In this document: positions 1 to 8,483 of the stretch, in pieces | How positions within the stretch are numbered: position 1 is the stretch's first letter | Layout: each line of letters opens with the position of its first letter | NCBI GenBank assembly: GCA_964608915.1 | Contig: CAZSQA010000003.1 | Coordinates: 118,613 to 182,612 of the forward strand | From: an uncultured Isosphaeraceae bacterium | GTDB lineage: Bacteria; Planctomycetota; Planctomycetia; Isosphaerales; Isosphaeraceae | Reading direction: 5' to 3' | DNA: 64,000 nt | The notes under the pieces: generated by a model | Told to the model about the DNA's origin: nothing | The model's database searches: none | The model's input: only the letters and a program-made list of their open reading frames with translations | Position numbers and translations under genes: made by a program

Positions 1-675
1 GGCGATCGTCTCGGCTCGAACGAGGTGTCGTGTCACGGGCGTCATGGGCACATGCAGGCTGATGACGTCGCTGGCGGTCATGACTTCGTCGAGACTCACG
101 ATTCTCACGCCGGAATTCGCGACCCCCGGCGCGGCTGCCGGGTCGTAACCGATCACCGTCATGCCGAAAGCCCTGGCTCGAGGGATCATGGCCTGGCCGA
201 TCCTGCCCAGCCCGATTAACCCTAAAGTTTTGCCACGGATGGGGATCGGCATGGTGCGATTCCATCCGCCTGCGGCAATGTCGATACTGTTGACGACGAT
301 ACGGCGCGTCAGTCCGAGAAGCAGCCCGAAGGCCTGTTCGGCGACGCTCTCCTGATTCACTCCCGGGGTGATCGTGACGGCGATCCCCCGCTCGCGGGCG
401 GCTGAGACGTCGACGGCGTCATAACCCACCCCGGTCCGGGCGATGACCTTAAGATTCGGGCAAGTGGCGAACAACGAGCCATCGAGCCGCTCCGATCCTG
501 CGATCATGCCGTCGCAGCCGGGCAGCAGGTCGGCGACGCAGGCCGGTGAGAGTTCGCCCGAATTTTCGTGCGGAGGCGGGTCGACCGGTACGAAACCTGC
601 ATCGAGCAACATGGTTCGGAACGTCCCTGGCTGGTGTCGCAGGGGCAATGCGCCGATAAGAATTCGAGCGGACAT
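1..675 (-). CDS. D-isomer-specific 2-hydroxyacid dehydrogenase / D-3-phosphoglycerate dehydrogenase-like (first 225 codons; 3' end lies beyond window start)
   Basis: Absent from the supplied ORF track because it has no stop inside the window. My reverse-strand translation from the ATG at 675-673 reads MSARILIGALPLRHQPGTFRTMLLDAGF...CPNLKVIARTGVGYDAVDVSAARERGIAVTITPGVN...RGKTLGLIGLGRIGQAMIPRARAFGMTVIGYDP...VISLHVPMTPVTRHLV and stays open to base 1. It carries a GxGxxG Rossmann motif and the layout typical of the family. Confidence 0.8.
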   Translation of the reverse strand, partial: MSARILIGALPLRHQPGTFRTMLLDAGFVPVDPPPHENSGELSPACVADLLPGCDGMIAGSERLDGSLFATCPNLKVIARTGVGYDAVDVSAARERGIAVTITPGVNQESVAEQAFGLLLGLTRRIVVNSIDIAAGGWNRTMPIPIRGKTLGLIGLGRIGQAMIPRARAFGMTVIGYDPAAAPGVANSGVRIVSLDEVMTASDVISLHVPMTPVTRHLVRAETIA

Positions 676-1075
676 GGCGTTTGGGCCTCGGGATCGACCG
701 GAACGGGCCTGAAAAGCCCCGGATTTGCGAAGGGAAAGTCGCTGGGACGAGTGCTCGGCGCGATCGTGGGCGAAACGGCATGCCGCCCCAGTCGCCATCG
801 ATCGCGTCAGCGAACTCTTAACGTATTTCAGTGCCCGAAGGCCAGCCCGGGTCGAAAAAAATGTCAGTGCCTGCCTTGAGTCGCCAGCGCCAACCGAGGG
901 GCATTCGATTTCTCCATATCCGAAGCGTGCGCAACTTTTCCCGGTCCATCACGATTGAAAAACCGGAACGGAAGTGCCACAATGACGCGATCTTCGTATG
1001 GCATGGACGTGAAACTCGCTTTCGAAGTTTCCGGTCGGATGGGCGAAGCGATCTTCGAACGACACGGGCGTACCT

Positions 1076-2575
1076 ATGGCAGTTCTCAAATTTCGATTGG
1101 ACGCCCCTGTTCGTGACGGCTGGAAGCTCGACCCTGAGTTCGTACACGTTCTGGATATCGAACGTGTGCCTTACCCGATGCACGCACACGTCGAGGACGG
1201 CCTGCTGATCTGCCGCACAGCGACGACCGACAGTCTGCGTGTTCAGGTGCCCTGGGCCCTGCCCGGCCGCCAGCCATGCATCATCGGCACCTCGACGCTG
1301 CCCTCTCGGCAGGAAACGTATCTGCTCGTTCTGGAACTCGCCCGCGGCAGACTGACGGAATTGCGGCACTTTTTCCAGGACGGTTCGGCGGACGAAACCC
1401 GGCTCCTCCCCGAGCCGCTGCTGGAAGCCCACGCCCTGTTCGTGGAAGCGGTCCTGAAGCGTGAAGACACGGAAGCCTGCGCCGCTCTGGCGACGCGATC
1501 ACTGCTGAAATGCATGGAGCTTGCCGACGATCGCCTCGCGCGGCACTTCGAATCGAACGAAGCGAAAGCCGCCCTGGCGGACAAACTTTCCTTGAACATG
1601 AGCGGCCTGAAGGCCGGCGACCCGGTCAGCGACTGGGTCATCCGTAATGCCGACATCGCCCGCATCAGCCCGAACTGGCGGACCGTCAATCCACAGGAAG
1701 ACCTCATTCACTGGGCCGAATGGGAAGGGCCTGTCCGCCTGGCCCACGAAAGCGGCATGGCCGTGCACTGCGGCCCGCTGATCGACTTCTCGCCGGATAC
1801 CCTGCCCGCCTGGCTGGATCGATACCACGACATCACCCATGCATGCAGGGCCGTTTCCAAGTACGTCGAATTCGTCGTACGAAATCTTCGGAACCGCGTT
1901 CATGTCTGGCACATCGTGCGGCGGCCGGCGATGGCGAAAGTCAACAATCTGTCGGAAGAGCATCAGATCAAGCTCACGATGGAAGCCATTCAGACCGTCA
2001 TGCAGAACGCGCCTGAGGCCGATCTGGTCATCGACCTCACCGCCCCATGGGCCGAGTGGCTTTCGCACAGCGGCTTCGAACTCGGGCCGCTGCACCTGGC
2101 CGATACGCTGGCCAGGGCCGACCTCGGCCTCACGGGCATGAATCTCGAACTCTCTCTGGGTTATCCCTCGCCCGGCAGCCATTTGCGTGAAATTTTCGAT
2201 ATCTACAGGCTCATTCAGCTTTACTCGCAGATCAACCTGCCCCTTCACCTCGACATCGCCGTGCCCAGCGGTCCCGATTCGACACCGACAGGCTCGCAAC
2301 GGCGATTTTCACGCCATGCCGCGGATCCGCGACAATGGCCCGGCGGCTGCGACCAGGCTTCCCAGGCCGCCCTGGGCATGAAAGTCATGGGCCTGGCCGC
2401 CATGATGCCCAGCGTCCGTTCCATCCACTGGAGCAACCTGATCGACGCCCCCGATCAGGAATTCGCCGAATCCGGCCTTTTCTCGGCCGACAAAACCCCT
2501 AAGACGATCGCCCGCAAGATCGAAGACATCCGGCGGTTCCGCATGCCGGTTTCTCAAGGCCTTCTGATGAGTTGA
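1076..2575 (+). CDS. hypothetical protein (499 aa; weak TIM-barrel glycosidase-like flavour only)
   Basis: Long ORF with an ATG start and balanced, non-Arg/Pro-biased composition, unlike the overlapping antisense ORFs. I can name no diagnostic motif. Confidence 0.6.
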   Translation: MAVLKFRLDAPVRDGWKLDPEFVHVLDIERVPYPMHAHVEDGLLICRTATTDSLRVQVPWALPGRQPCIIGTSTLPSRQETYLLVLELARGRLTELRHFFQDGSADETRLLPEPLLEAHALFVEAVLKREDTEACAALATRSLLKCMELADDRLARHFESNEAKAALADKLSLNMSGLKAGDPVSDWVIRNADIARISPNWRTVNPQEDLIHWAEWEGPVRLAHESGMAVHCGPLIDFSPDTLPAWLDRYHDITHACRAVSKYVEFVVRNLRNRVHVWHIVRRPAMAKVNNLSEEHQIKLTMEAIQTVMQNAPEADLVIDLTAPWAEWLSHSGFELGPLHLADTLARADLGLTGMNLELSLGYPSPGSHLREIFDIYRLIQLYSQINLPLHLDIAVPSGPDSTPTGSQRRFSRHAADPRQWPGGCDQASQAALGMKVMGLAAMMPSVRSIHWSNLIDAPDQEFAESGLFSADKTPKTIARKIEDIRRFRMPVSQGLLMS

Positions 2576-2745
2576 ATTCGGCAGGGGAATGGCGTAATCT
2601 GTCGATTCGTCAATCACGCGTCGAGCCGCGGCCCGGCTATGAAAAGCCGCCGCCTGCCCGACGAGCATGATCCCCGGCCCTATGCCGATGCGAACCGGTT
2701 CGCGGGCTGGCGGAAATCCGAGCAATCCGAAAGAGACCAGATCCG

Positions 2746-3210
2746 ATGGGCGCCGATGCGAAGATTCAGGAACTCAAGCTCGAACTTCCCAAGGCGCCGA
2801 AACCGGTCGCCACGTACAAGACCGCCCTTCGCGTCGGCAATATGCTGTACGTCAGCGGCCATGGCCCCCTCAAAACCGACGGTACGATGATCAAGGGCTG
2901 CCTGGGCGACGACATGGACATCGACGCCGGCAAAGAAGCCGCACGTCAGACAGGTCTGGCGATCCTGGCGACCCTGAAAGAGAATCTGGGAAGTCTGGAT
3001 AAAGTCGTCCGACTGGTGAAGTCACTCGGGATGGTCCGTGCCACGCCGGAATTCGCCGAACATCCGAAAGTCATCAATGGCTATTCCGACCTGATGGCCG
3101 AAGTCTTCGGTCCTGAGGCCGGCGTCGGCACCCGTTCGGCCGTCGGCATGGGCAGCCTGCCCGGGCATATCGCTGTCGAAATCGAAGCGATTTTCGAAGT
3201 GCGCGACTGA
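2746..3210 (+). CDS. RidA/YjgF/L-PSP family reactive-intermediate deaminase-like protein
   Basis: 154 aa. Contains ...VGNMLYVSGHGPL...DIDAGKEAARQTGLAILATLKENLGSLDKVVRLVKSLGMV...TRSAVGMGSLPGHIAVEIEAIFEV, the typical RidA fold signature and length. Confidence 0.9.
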   Translation: MGADAKIQELKLELPKAPKPVATYKTALRVGNMLYVSGHGPLKTDGTMIKGCLGDDMDIDAGKEAARQTGLAILATLKENLGSLDKVVRLVKSLGMVRATPEFAEHPKVINGYSDLMAEVFGPEAGVGTRSAVGMGSLPGHIAVEIEAIFEVRD

Positions 3211-3225
3211 ACCTGACATCCTCCC

Positions 3226-4050
3226 ATGAGCTTACCGACCGGCACGACCGCGGACTCATTCACGGGGCTTCGCGTGGTCGTCGCCGGCGGGACTAGCGGC
3301 ATCGGGCTCGCCTGTGTGCAAGCACTGAAAAGCCGTGGCGCCCGTGTCGTCGCGATCGGCTTGCCGCCTGACCAGTCCAGGGCTGAGCCGGAGATCGCGG
3401 CGGACGGCACGATTCATTCCGACCTGACCATTTCGAATGTTTGCACGGACGCATGCGATCGTGCATGCGAAATACTTGGCGGTCTCGATGCCGTCATACA
3501 CAGCGTCGGCGGTTCGGCTCGCAAGGCCGGCGACGGGCCGCCGGATCTTTGTTCGGACGACGGCTGGCAGGCAGCCTTGAGGCTGAATCTCGACTCAGCC
3601 TTTTACGTCGTGCGCTGGGGCGTTCGAAGGCTGCTGGAAACCCCGCGAGACCGCCTCGGCCAACGGGGCTCGATCGCCGTCATCGGCTCAGTCCTGGCCG
3701 ACAGTCCATCGCCACGCCATTTCGGCACCATCGGCTATGCCGTGGCCAAGGCGGGGCTCGAAGGACTTGTCCGAAATGCCGCTGCGACTTATGCTTCCGA
3801 AGGTATCCGCGTAAACTTGCTCAAGCCGGGGCTGGTCGATACGCCGATGGCCGCCCGGGCGATTGACGACCCCGCGATCCAAAATTATCTGCGATCGAAG
3901 CAGCCCCTCACGGCCGGCCCCGTTTCGGCTGATGCCTGTGCCCAGGCCATTTTGACGCTCATCGACCCGCGAAACGCCGGGCTGACCGGTGCGTCGTTGA
4001 CGCTCGACGGCGGCTGGAGCGTGACCGATTCGTCCTTGACGGCGGATTGA
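3226..4050 (+). CDS. SDR family oxidoreductase
   Basis: VVVAGGTSGIGLA (TGxxxGxG cofactor motif), YAVAKAG (catalytic YxxxK) and the NLLKPGLVDTPM tail. 274 aa. Confidence 0.9.
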   Translation: MSLPTGTTADSFTGLRVVVAGGTSGIGLACVQALKSRGARVVAIGLPPDQSRAEPEIAADGTIHSDLTISNVCTDACDRACEILGGLDAVIHSVGGSARKAGDGPPDLCSDDGWQAALRLNLDSAFYVVRWGVRRLLETPRDRLGQRGSIAVIGSVLADSPSPRHFGTIGYAVAKAGLEGLVRNAAATYASEGIRVNLLKPGLVDTPMAARAIDDPAIQNYLRSKQPLTAGPVSADACAQAILTLIDPRNAGLTGASLTLDGGWSVTDSSLTAD

Positions 4051-4072
4051 TACGACTCGTTCGACGATTCGT

Positions 4073-5086
4073 TCAATCCTTCGCCCGCTCGAACACCCGC
4101 ACTTCCGGATGCATCGTATAAAGCCGCCAGCCGCCCGCAGGCAAACGCACGAACTGGCCGCTGGAGCTGTTGTTGCCCACGATCGGATTGGCCGCCGCTT
4201 TCGTCCATTGGATCAGATCAGGCGAGATCGCCAGAGTCGTCGTCCAATAAGGGCCGAACGGCCGCGTCTCGTTGGCATGCAGAACCGCGACAAACCTGTC
4301 GCCGACTTTGACGACCTGATTCAGGGCCACCGCTCCCTTGTCGTAAACCGACGGGCCCACCGGAATCACCGGATCGTCGGACACGTTCGTAAAGACCTTG
4401 CGATCGTGCGACCTGGCCAGCCAGACGCCAGCGTCCGCCCGCTCGTAGAACAGATTCCAGGCCCCGTTTTCGAACATCAGGAATGGCGTGCCACGCGGGC
4501 CGGGCGATATCGGCGTACCGTCGACCTTCCGAATGTCCAGCGGCCCTTCCCTGCGCCATGACAGACCATCGGCCGAAACGAACGAATGAGCGACATCGTC
4601 TCGCCCCTCGGCCACCATGATCCACTGGCCATCGTGTTTGACGATCATCACGTCTTCCACCCACTGGTCGTTGATCAACGGCTTTTCGCCCAGTCGGCTC
4701 CAGTGCAGCCCGTCCGTCGAAACGGCCACGCCCAGCATCCGCAAGTCCGACTTCGCCACGTTGTAACCGGTGTAATAGAGCCGCCAGCTGTCACCCTCGC
4801 GGACGACCCAGCCACGCTCCCGGATTTTCGCGTCCCAGGCATCGCCCCCGGCTCCCTGAAAGACCGGATTGGCGCGTGGAATCGGTTTCCAGGCAAGCCA
4901 TTCCGCCGGAAATCCCTGCTTGACCGAAGCTTCGATCGCTTTCGCATCGCCACCGGACACAACCGTTCGATCAGGCCTCTGCCCTTTCGTTGCGGCCTCC
5001 TGGGCCTGGGCAAGCCCGCTCATGACGATCACGATGACGACGGGCAGATATCGACGAACCGGCAGTAAGACTCGAAACGGCTGCAT
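4073..5086 (-). CDS. secreted glycoside-hydrolase-like five-bladed beta-propeller protein (GH43/GH32/GH130 clan-like)
   Basis: N-terminal signal peptide (LPVVIVIVMSGLAQAQE). Repeated propeller-type blocks WRLYYTGYN...LGVAVSTDGLHWSR, ...SADGLSWRREG, ...WNLFYERAD and ...GGWRLYTMH. The exact family is not resolved by eye. Confidence 0.7.
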   Translation of the reverse strand: MQPFRVLLPVRRYLPVVIVIVMSGLAQAQEAATKGQRPDRTVVSGGDAKAIEASVKQGFPAEWLAWKPIPRANPVFQGAGGDAWDAKIRERGWVVREGDSWRLYYTGYNVAKSDLRMLGVAVSTDGLHWSRLGEKPLINDQWVEDVMIVKHDGQWIMVAEGRDDVAHSFVSADGLSWRREGPLDIRKVDGTPISPGPRGTPFLMFENGAWNLFYERADAGVWLARSHDRKVFTNVSDDPVIPVGPSVYDKGAVALNQVVKVGDRFVAVLHANETRPFGPYWTTTLAISPDLIQWTKAAANPIVGNNSSSGQFVRLPAGGWRLYTMHPEVRVFERAKD

Positions 5087-5355
5087 CGGAATGGTCCGGT
5101 TGGGGCGTGGTCCTGGTGCCCATTGAGGGCATGATCCGGCAATATGAGACGATCATATCAAAACCCCTACGATCACCCCAGCCGTTCATGCGATTCGCCC
5201 TGAAATCTCCACCGGGCATCTCTCGCATTTCCGCCATCGCAGTCGAAACCGAAAGGACAGGAACGACTTGGGAAAAACGCCATAAGTTTCTGTATTCGAA
5301 CAGGTTGAAGTATATGCCATTCAGCTCAGGATGGATTCGAAACGAAGTGCTCCAC

Positions 5356-5383
5356 TTGCGAAACCCTTTTCGTTCATTATAAT
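5356..5383 (+). promoter_or_regulatory. sigma70-like promoter for tRNA-Ala (-35 TTGCGA, 16-nt spacer, -10 TATAAT)
   Basis: TTGCGA at 5356-5361 and a perfect TATAAT at 5378-5383. The -10 ends 9 nt before the first tRNA base, in a locally AT-rich stretch. Confidence 0.45.
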
Positions 5384-5392
5384 CGGGTGTAT

Positions 5393-5465
5393 GGGGCGGT
5401 AGCTCAATTGGGAGAGCGCAGCGTTCGCAATGCTGAGGTTGAGGGTTCGATCCCCTTCCGCTCCA
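5393..5465 (+). tRNA. tRNA-Ala (anticodon CGC)
   Basis: Hand-folded cloverleaf. Acceptor GGGGCGG/CCGCTCC with the G3:U70 alanine identity pair, D arm GCTC-AATTGGGA-GAGC, anticodon arm CAGCG-TTCGCAA-TGCTG (anticodon CGC), T arm GAGGG-TTCGATC-CCCTT, discriminator A. 3' CCA is not encoded. Confidence 0.95.
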
Positions 5466-5798
5466 TTACCTTCGACAGATTGACGGAAATTCGACGCAGC
5501 GAACGATCTCGAGCCTGCGTCTTCGCTCGCAAAGCCGCCAGTGCCGTTTCGTGTTCGATTCCTTCACCCGGGGTTTCGATTCCGCAACTCGCTTTCTTCG
5601 TTTTCCTGGCGATCGACCGATGAACGATTGCCGTATTCGACCGGACCGGTTAGAACCGACCTTGCAAGAGCGATCGCCCCTGAAAGGCGCTTGCAAGTGA
5701 CGGTTCGGGTCTTCGTTCCGAAGCCGGTCGTGCCAGATGCCCTCAAAACGGATACTTTCCCGTTTCCGAACTTCCGCCCCTCGAATTCGTGTGATCTC

Positions 5799-6479
5799 AT
5801 GCCCCGACGCACCTTGCTCATCATCGCGTTCGCAACGCTATTGCGTACCACGGCTCCAGCGATCGCGGCCGACATTCTCGACAACACCTCCCAGAGCACC
5901 GGCACCATCGCCTCCGTTCAATCCGGCGGATACATATCCGGCACATACTGGTCAGCCGTCACCGTTTCCAACGATTCGGACACCGACATCGATCTCTCCT
6001 CGATGACGATCGGCCTATTCTCCCAAAATGCCGGCACTTACGACATTTTTGTCGAGTTATGGAGCGTGGCGGACGACAAGCCTGACTCCTTCATCCCCGA
6101 CATGAACAAACAGGAGAGCGTCATTTCGGCCGAAGCCGGGCAGACTCTCTTCACGGACGTCACGATCTGCACATTCACTCTGCCCGCGAACACATCGCGG
6201 GCGATCGTCGTCTGGACCAACGCCGAAGACCTCTCCCTTTCCTGGCAGGGGATGGCCGGGAACGCCGCCCCTGTCGGGCCCTTGGGCGTCAATTACATGG
6301 CTGGCTGGACGAGCTATCCCGACCTCGGGTCATGGGCCCCGGTCGCCGATGGCGTGAATCTCTCGCTTTGGCTTACGGGTACGCCCGTCCCCGAGCCTTC
6401 CGCCTGGGCATCCGGCATCGTCGCAGCCCTGGCGATCTGCGGCCTGCTTCGGTCCGCAAGCCGTCGGAAGACAGCCTGA
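5799..6479 (+). CDS. PEP-CTERM sorting-domain protein (secreted, exosortase-type anchor)
   Basis: The internal ATG at 5799 gives a signal peptide, MPRRTLLIIAFATLLRTTAPAIAAD. The C-terminus ...TPVPEPSAWASGIVAALAICGLLRSASRRKTA is a PEP motif plus TM helix plus basic tail. The track start at 5541 adds 86 Arg/Pro-rich residues that run into the tRNA trailer, so I trimmed it. Confidence 0.75.
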   Translation: MPRRTLLIIAFATLLRTTAPAIAADILDNTSQSTGTIASVQSGGYISGTYWSAVTVSNDSDTDIDLSSMTIGLFSQNAGTYDIFVELWSVADDKPDSFIPDMNKQESVISAEAGQTLFTDVTICTFTLPANTSRAIVVWTNAEDLSLSWQGMAGNAAPVGPLGVNYMAGWTSYPDLGSWAPVADGVNLSLWLTGTPVPEPSAWASGIVAALAICGLLRSASRRKTA

Positions 6480-6609
6480 AGCGGTCCAAAGCCAGCCCAT
6501 CGCTCCGCCTTGTCTCGCGTTGACAATTGTCGAACGCGAAATTTAGACTCATCGCAGCCCGCACGCTGGTGCAGGTATCGCCCCATGGCCTCCCGATTCT
6601 GGATCCGAA

Positions 6610-7077
6610 ATGACGGAACATTCTCTGCCGGATGACATTCCGCAACCCGCGCCGGAAGTCGGCCCGGCCCGTTATTTCATCTTCGTGATCCTCTGCCTGA
6701 TCGTACTGGGCGGCATGCTCTGGACGGGCCTGCGCATTCCTCCCCCCCCGCCGCCGCCTGAGATCAAGGCCGACCCTGTGCTGGCCCGGGGTTACGACGT
6801 CTACATGCGTCAGTGCATCGCCTGCCATGGCCTTCAGGGCAAGGGCGACGGCCCCCGCGCAATGGCCGTGGCCGTAAAGCCGCGTAACCTCGTCGACGAG
6901 CCCTGGAAATATGGCGAAGACGAAGCCGCCGTCACGAAAATCGTGCGCGAAGGCGGCCCCAACGGCGTGATGCCGGCGTTTGGAACAGCTCTGAACCCTG
7001 GTGAGCTGAGGGGCGTCGTCAAATACGTTCAGCAGTTTCGAAAAAGGCCGGATCAGCCGCCTGCAAAGACTGAATGA
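6610..7077 (+). CDS. membrane-anchored class I c-type cytochrome
   Basis: N-terminal TM helix (YFIFVILCLIVLGGMLWTGL), heme motif CIACH, GKGDG, and a distal Met region GVMPAFG. Contains a run of 7 prolines. Confidence 0.85.
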   Translation: MTEHSLPDDIPQPAPEVGPARYFIFVILCLIVLGGMLWTGLRIPPPPPPPEIKADPVLARGYDVYMRQCIACHGLQGKGDGPRAMAVAVKPRNLVDEPWKYGEDEAAVTKIVREGGPNGVMPAFGTALNPGELRGVVKYVQQFRKRPDQPPAKTE

Positions 7078-7175
7078 TTCCGCGTACGCCCTGGCTCAAA
7101 GCTATCGTCAGCCCCTGATACGACGTATGATCGAATCAAGCTTCTTTCGATCCTCGTTTTCAGAGGTCAAGTTCG

Positions 7176-8366
7176 ATGATTCGCTTCATCCTCGCCGGAT
7201 GTCTGATTTTCAGCGGTTCCGCCATCCTCGCGGCAGGTCTCGACCCACAACCGCCCGAAACGGGAGAAGGCTTGAAAATCGACGAAATCCGCGCGGAAAT
7301 CGAAACGATCGTCGAGCGCTATTCCGCCGAGTTGAAAGCCGCGAAAGGGCAGCCCGATTATCAGGCCGCTGCCGCGAAATACCTGAAGGATTTGTATCCG
7401 TGTCTCGACCGCGTTTTCGAATGGGTCGATGCGCATCCCGGCGACAAGGACATCGCTCCGGCGCTGCGAATGGTCGTGAAACGTTCCGCCGCCGGGCCTT
7501 CGAATCATTCCGAACGGGCTTTGAAGCGACTTGTTCGAGATTATCCTGACGATCCTCAAGCCATCGAAATCATCCCCCGAGTGGCGAACTACGTTCACTG
7601 GCCGATCTCCGAAACGTATCTCAAAACCGTTCTCGAACGCAATTCTCGCGTCGAAAACCAGGCTGCCTCCTGCTTCTGGCTTGGCGAATACCACGCATAC
7701 AAGGCCCGCCACGTCCGGAAATTGAAATCGGACGCAAGCTATCGTAAGGTGATGGAAGAAAGCCGAGGCGTCGAATCGGTGCGAAATCTCATCGCCTCGA
7801 CCGACCCAGAGAAATCCGAAGCCGAAGCCATCCGTGATTTCGAAATCACGGCCGAACGATTCGGCGATTCGAAATACGACGGCGAATTGACCTATGCCGA
7901 AGAGGCCAGAGGCCGGATCTATGCGATCCGCAATCTGATCGTCGGCAAAATTGCGCCCGATATTCAGGGCAAGGATTTCGAAGGCAAGCCATTTTCGCTC
8001 TACGAACACCGGGGTAAACTCGTCCTCCTCACCTTTTCGGGCAACTGGTGCGGGCCATGCGTGGCAATGTATCCGCACGAACGTGAAATCGTAAAACGCT
8101 ATGAAGGCGAGCCGTTCGTGGCTCTCAGCGTCAATACCGACGACGATGTGGCCACGCTGCGCAAGTCGATCGATAAAGGCGACATCACCTGGCGCTGCTG
8201 GTTCGACGGCGGAACGCACGGGCCGATCACCGCGGCGTGGGGCGTTCATGCTTTCCCGGACATTTACGTGATCGACGGCAAGGGCGTGATCCGATTCCGG
8301 AACGTGCGAGACAAAGACCTCGACGAAGCCCTGGAAAAGCTCATGGCCGAGACATCTTCGCCCTGA
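7176..8366 (+). CDS. TlpA/ResA-like thiol-disulfide oxidoreductase (thioredoxin-fold, C-terminal) with N-terminal domain of unknown function
   Basis: Signal peptide MIRFILAGCLIFSGSAILA and the redox motif FSGNWCGPCVAMYPHE (WCxxC). AGAGG lies upstream of the ATG. Confidence 0.85.
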   Translation: MIRFILAGCLIFSGSAILAAGLDPQPPETGEGLKIDEIRAEIETIVERYSAELKAAKGQPDYQAAAAKYLKDLYPCLDRVFEWVDAHPGDKDIAPALRMVVKRSAAGPSNHSERALKRLVRDYPDDPQAIEIIPRVANYVHWPISETYLKTVLERNSRVENQAASCFWLGEYHAYKARHVRKLKSDASYRKVMEESRGVESVRNLIASTDPEKSEAEAIRDFEITAERFGDSKYDGELTYAEEARGRIYAIRNLIVGKIAPDIQGKDFEGKPFSLYEHRGKLVLLTFSGNWCGPCVAMYPHEREIVKRYEGEPFVALSVNTDDDVATLRKSIDKGDITWRCWFDGGTHGPITAAWGVHAFPDIYVIDGKGVIRFRNVRDKDLDEALEKLMAETSSP

Positions 8367-8483
8367 TGCGTCGAAGGGCCGCCGCAGAAACCGGCGTGCT
8401 CGCGTGGCGGCGGAGGAAGCTGTCAGCCTGAAACAGTAGTGTCCAGCATTCGAAACATATGCCGAACAGGTATCGGCTATCAG

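Noticed and set aside
449-879. Track ORFs 443..712(+), 449..781(-) and 568..879(+) near the window start
   Set aside because: They overlap the 5' part and upstream region of the much better supported reverse-strand dehydrogenase gene (1-675). They are Arg/Pro/Ser-rich and have no motifs.
5387-5623. 78-aa ORF MYGAVAQLGERSVRNAEVEGSIPFRS...
   Set aside because: It is the translation of tRNA-Ala itself. The AQLGER / GSIPF peptides are the classic tRNA read-through artefact.
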